Part shown: positions 63,733 to 64,000 of the stretch, one piece after another
Layout of the letters: every line of letters starts with the position of its first letter
Position numbering within the stretch: position 1 is the first letter of the stretch
Assembly (NCBI RefSeq): GCF_006345805.1
Contig: NC_043000.1
Span: 125,860,001 to 125,924,000, forward strand
Origin: Octopus sinensis
Taxonomy: Eukaryota
Direction of reading: 5' to 3'
Length of the DNA stretch: 64,000 bases
The notes under the pieces: model-generated
What the model was told of the DNA's origin: nothing
The model's database searches: none
The model's input: the letters and a program-made list of their open reading frames with translations, nothing else
Program-made: the position numbers and the translations under genes

Positions 63733-64000
63733 CAGCTGGCAGATTCATTAGCACACCAGGCAAAATGCTTAGTGGTATTTCATCTGCTGCTACGTTCTGA
63801 GTTCAAATTCCACCGAGGTCGACTTTGCCTTTCATCCTTTCAGGGTCGATTTAATTAGTACCAGTTACGCACTGGGGTCGATATAATCGACTTAATCCGT
63901 TTGTCTGTCCTTGTTTGTTCTCTCTGTGTTTAGCCCCTTGTGGGTAGTAAAGAAATAGGTATTTCATCTGTCCTTATGTTCTGAGTTCAAATTCCTCCAA
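63733..64000 (+). mobile_element. SINE family B followed by a partial tandem restart
   Basis: Same consensus as 8022-8243; runs off the window end. Confidence 0.78.

Noticed and set aside
36917-64000. Search for the next KIF13 (FHA) exon, and for the preceding motor exon in 1-1897
   Set aside because: No matching peptide with splice sites was found; these exons are presumably outside the window.

Overview
AT-rich, repeat- and microsatellite-dense animal genomic DNA. The repeat families and (TA/TATG)n arrays look like an octopus (coleoid cephalopod) genome; this is an inference. The only supportable host gene is four + strand coding exons (1898-2009, 3142-3354, 12795-12905, 36782-36916) of a kinesin-3 KIF13A/B (Khc-73) orthologue, covering the end of the motor domain, neck coil, CC1 and the pre-FHA linker. 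Flanking exons lie outside the window. The introns hold several tRNA-derived SINE families, hAT, Tc1/mariner and piggyBac-like MITEs, a Helitron-like element, RTE remnants, five 3' fragments of a CR1 LINE, and one nearly full-length antisense CR1 (about 45928-49720). Three observations stand out. (1) The CR1 ORF1/ORF2 junction has a canonical -1 slippery heptamer (G GGA AAC) abutting the ORF1 stop, an AUG-less ORF2 in the -1 frame, and a perfect 15-bp stem downstream. (2) A TSD-flanked, self-inverted element with a tRNA-like head carries Penelope-type minimal hammerhead ribozyme cores (2111-2615). (3) A nested palindrome (about 13545-13982) has a hammerhead-like CTGATGA at its centre. Several other fold-back and templated duplications are present. 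Nearly all short ORFs in the supplied track are spurious.
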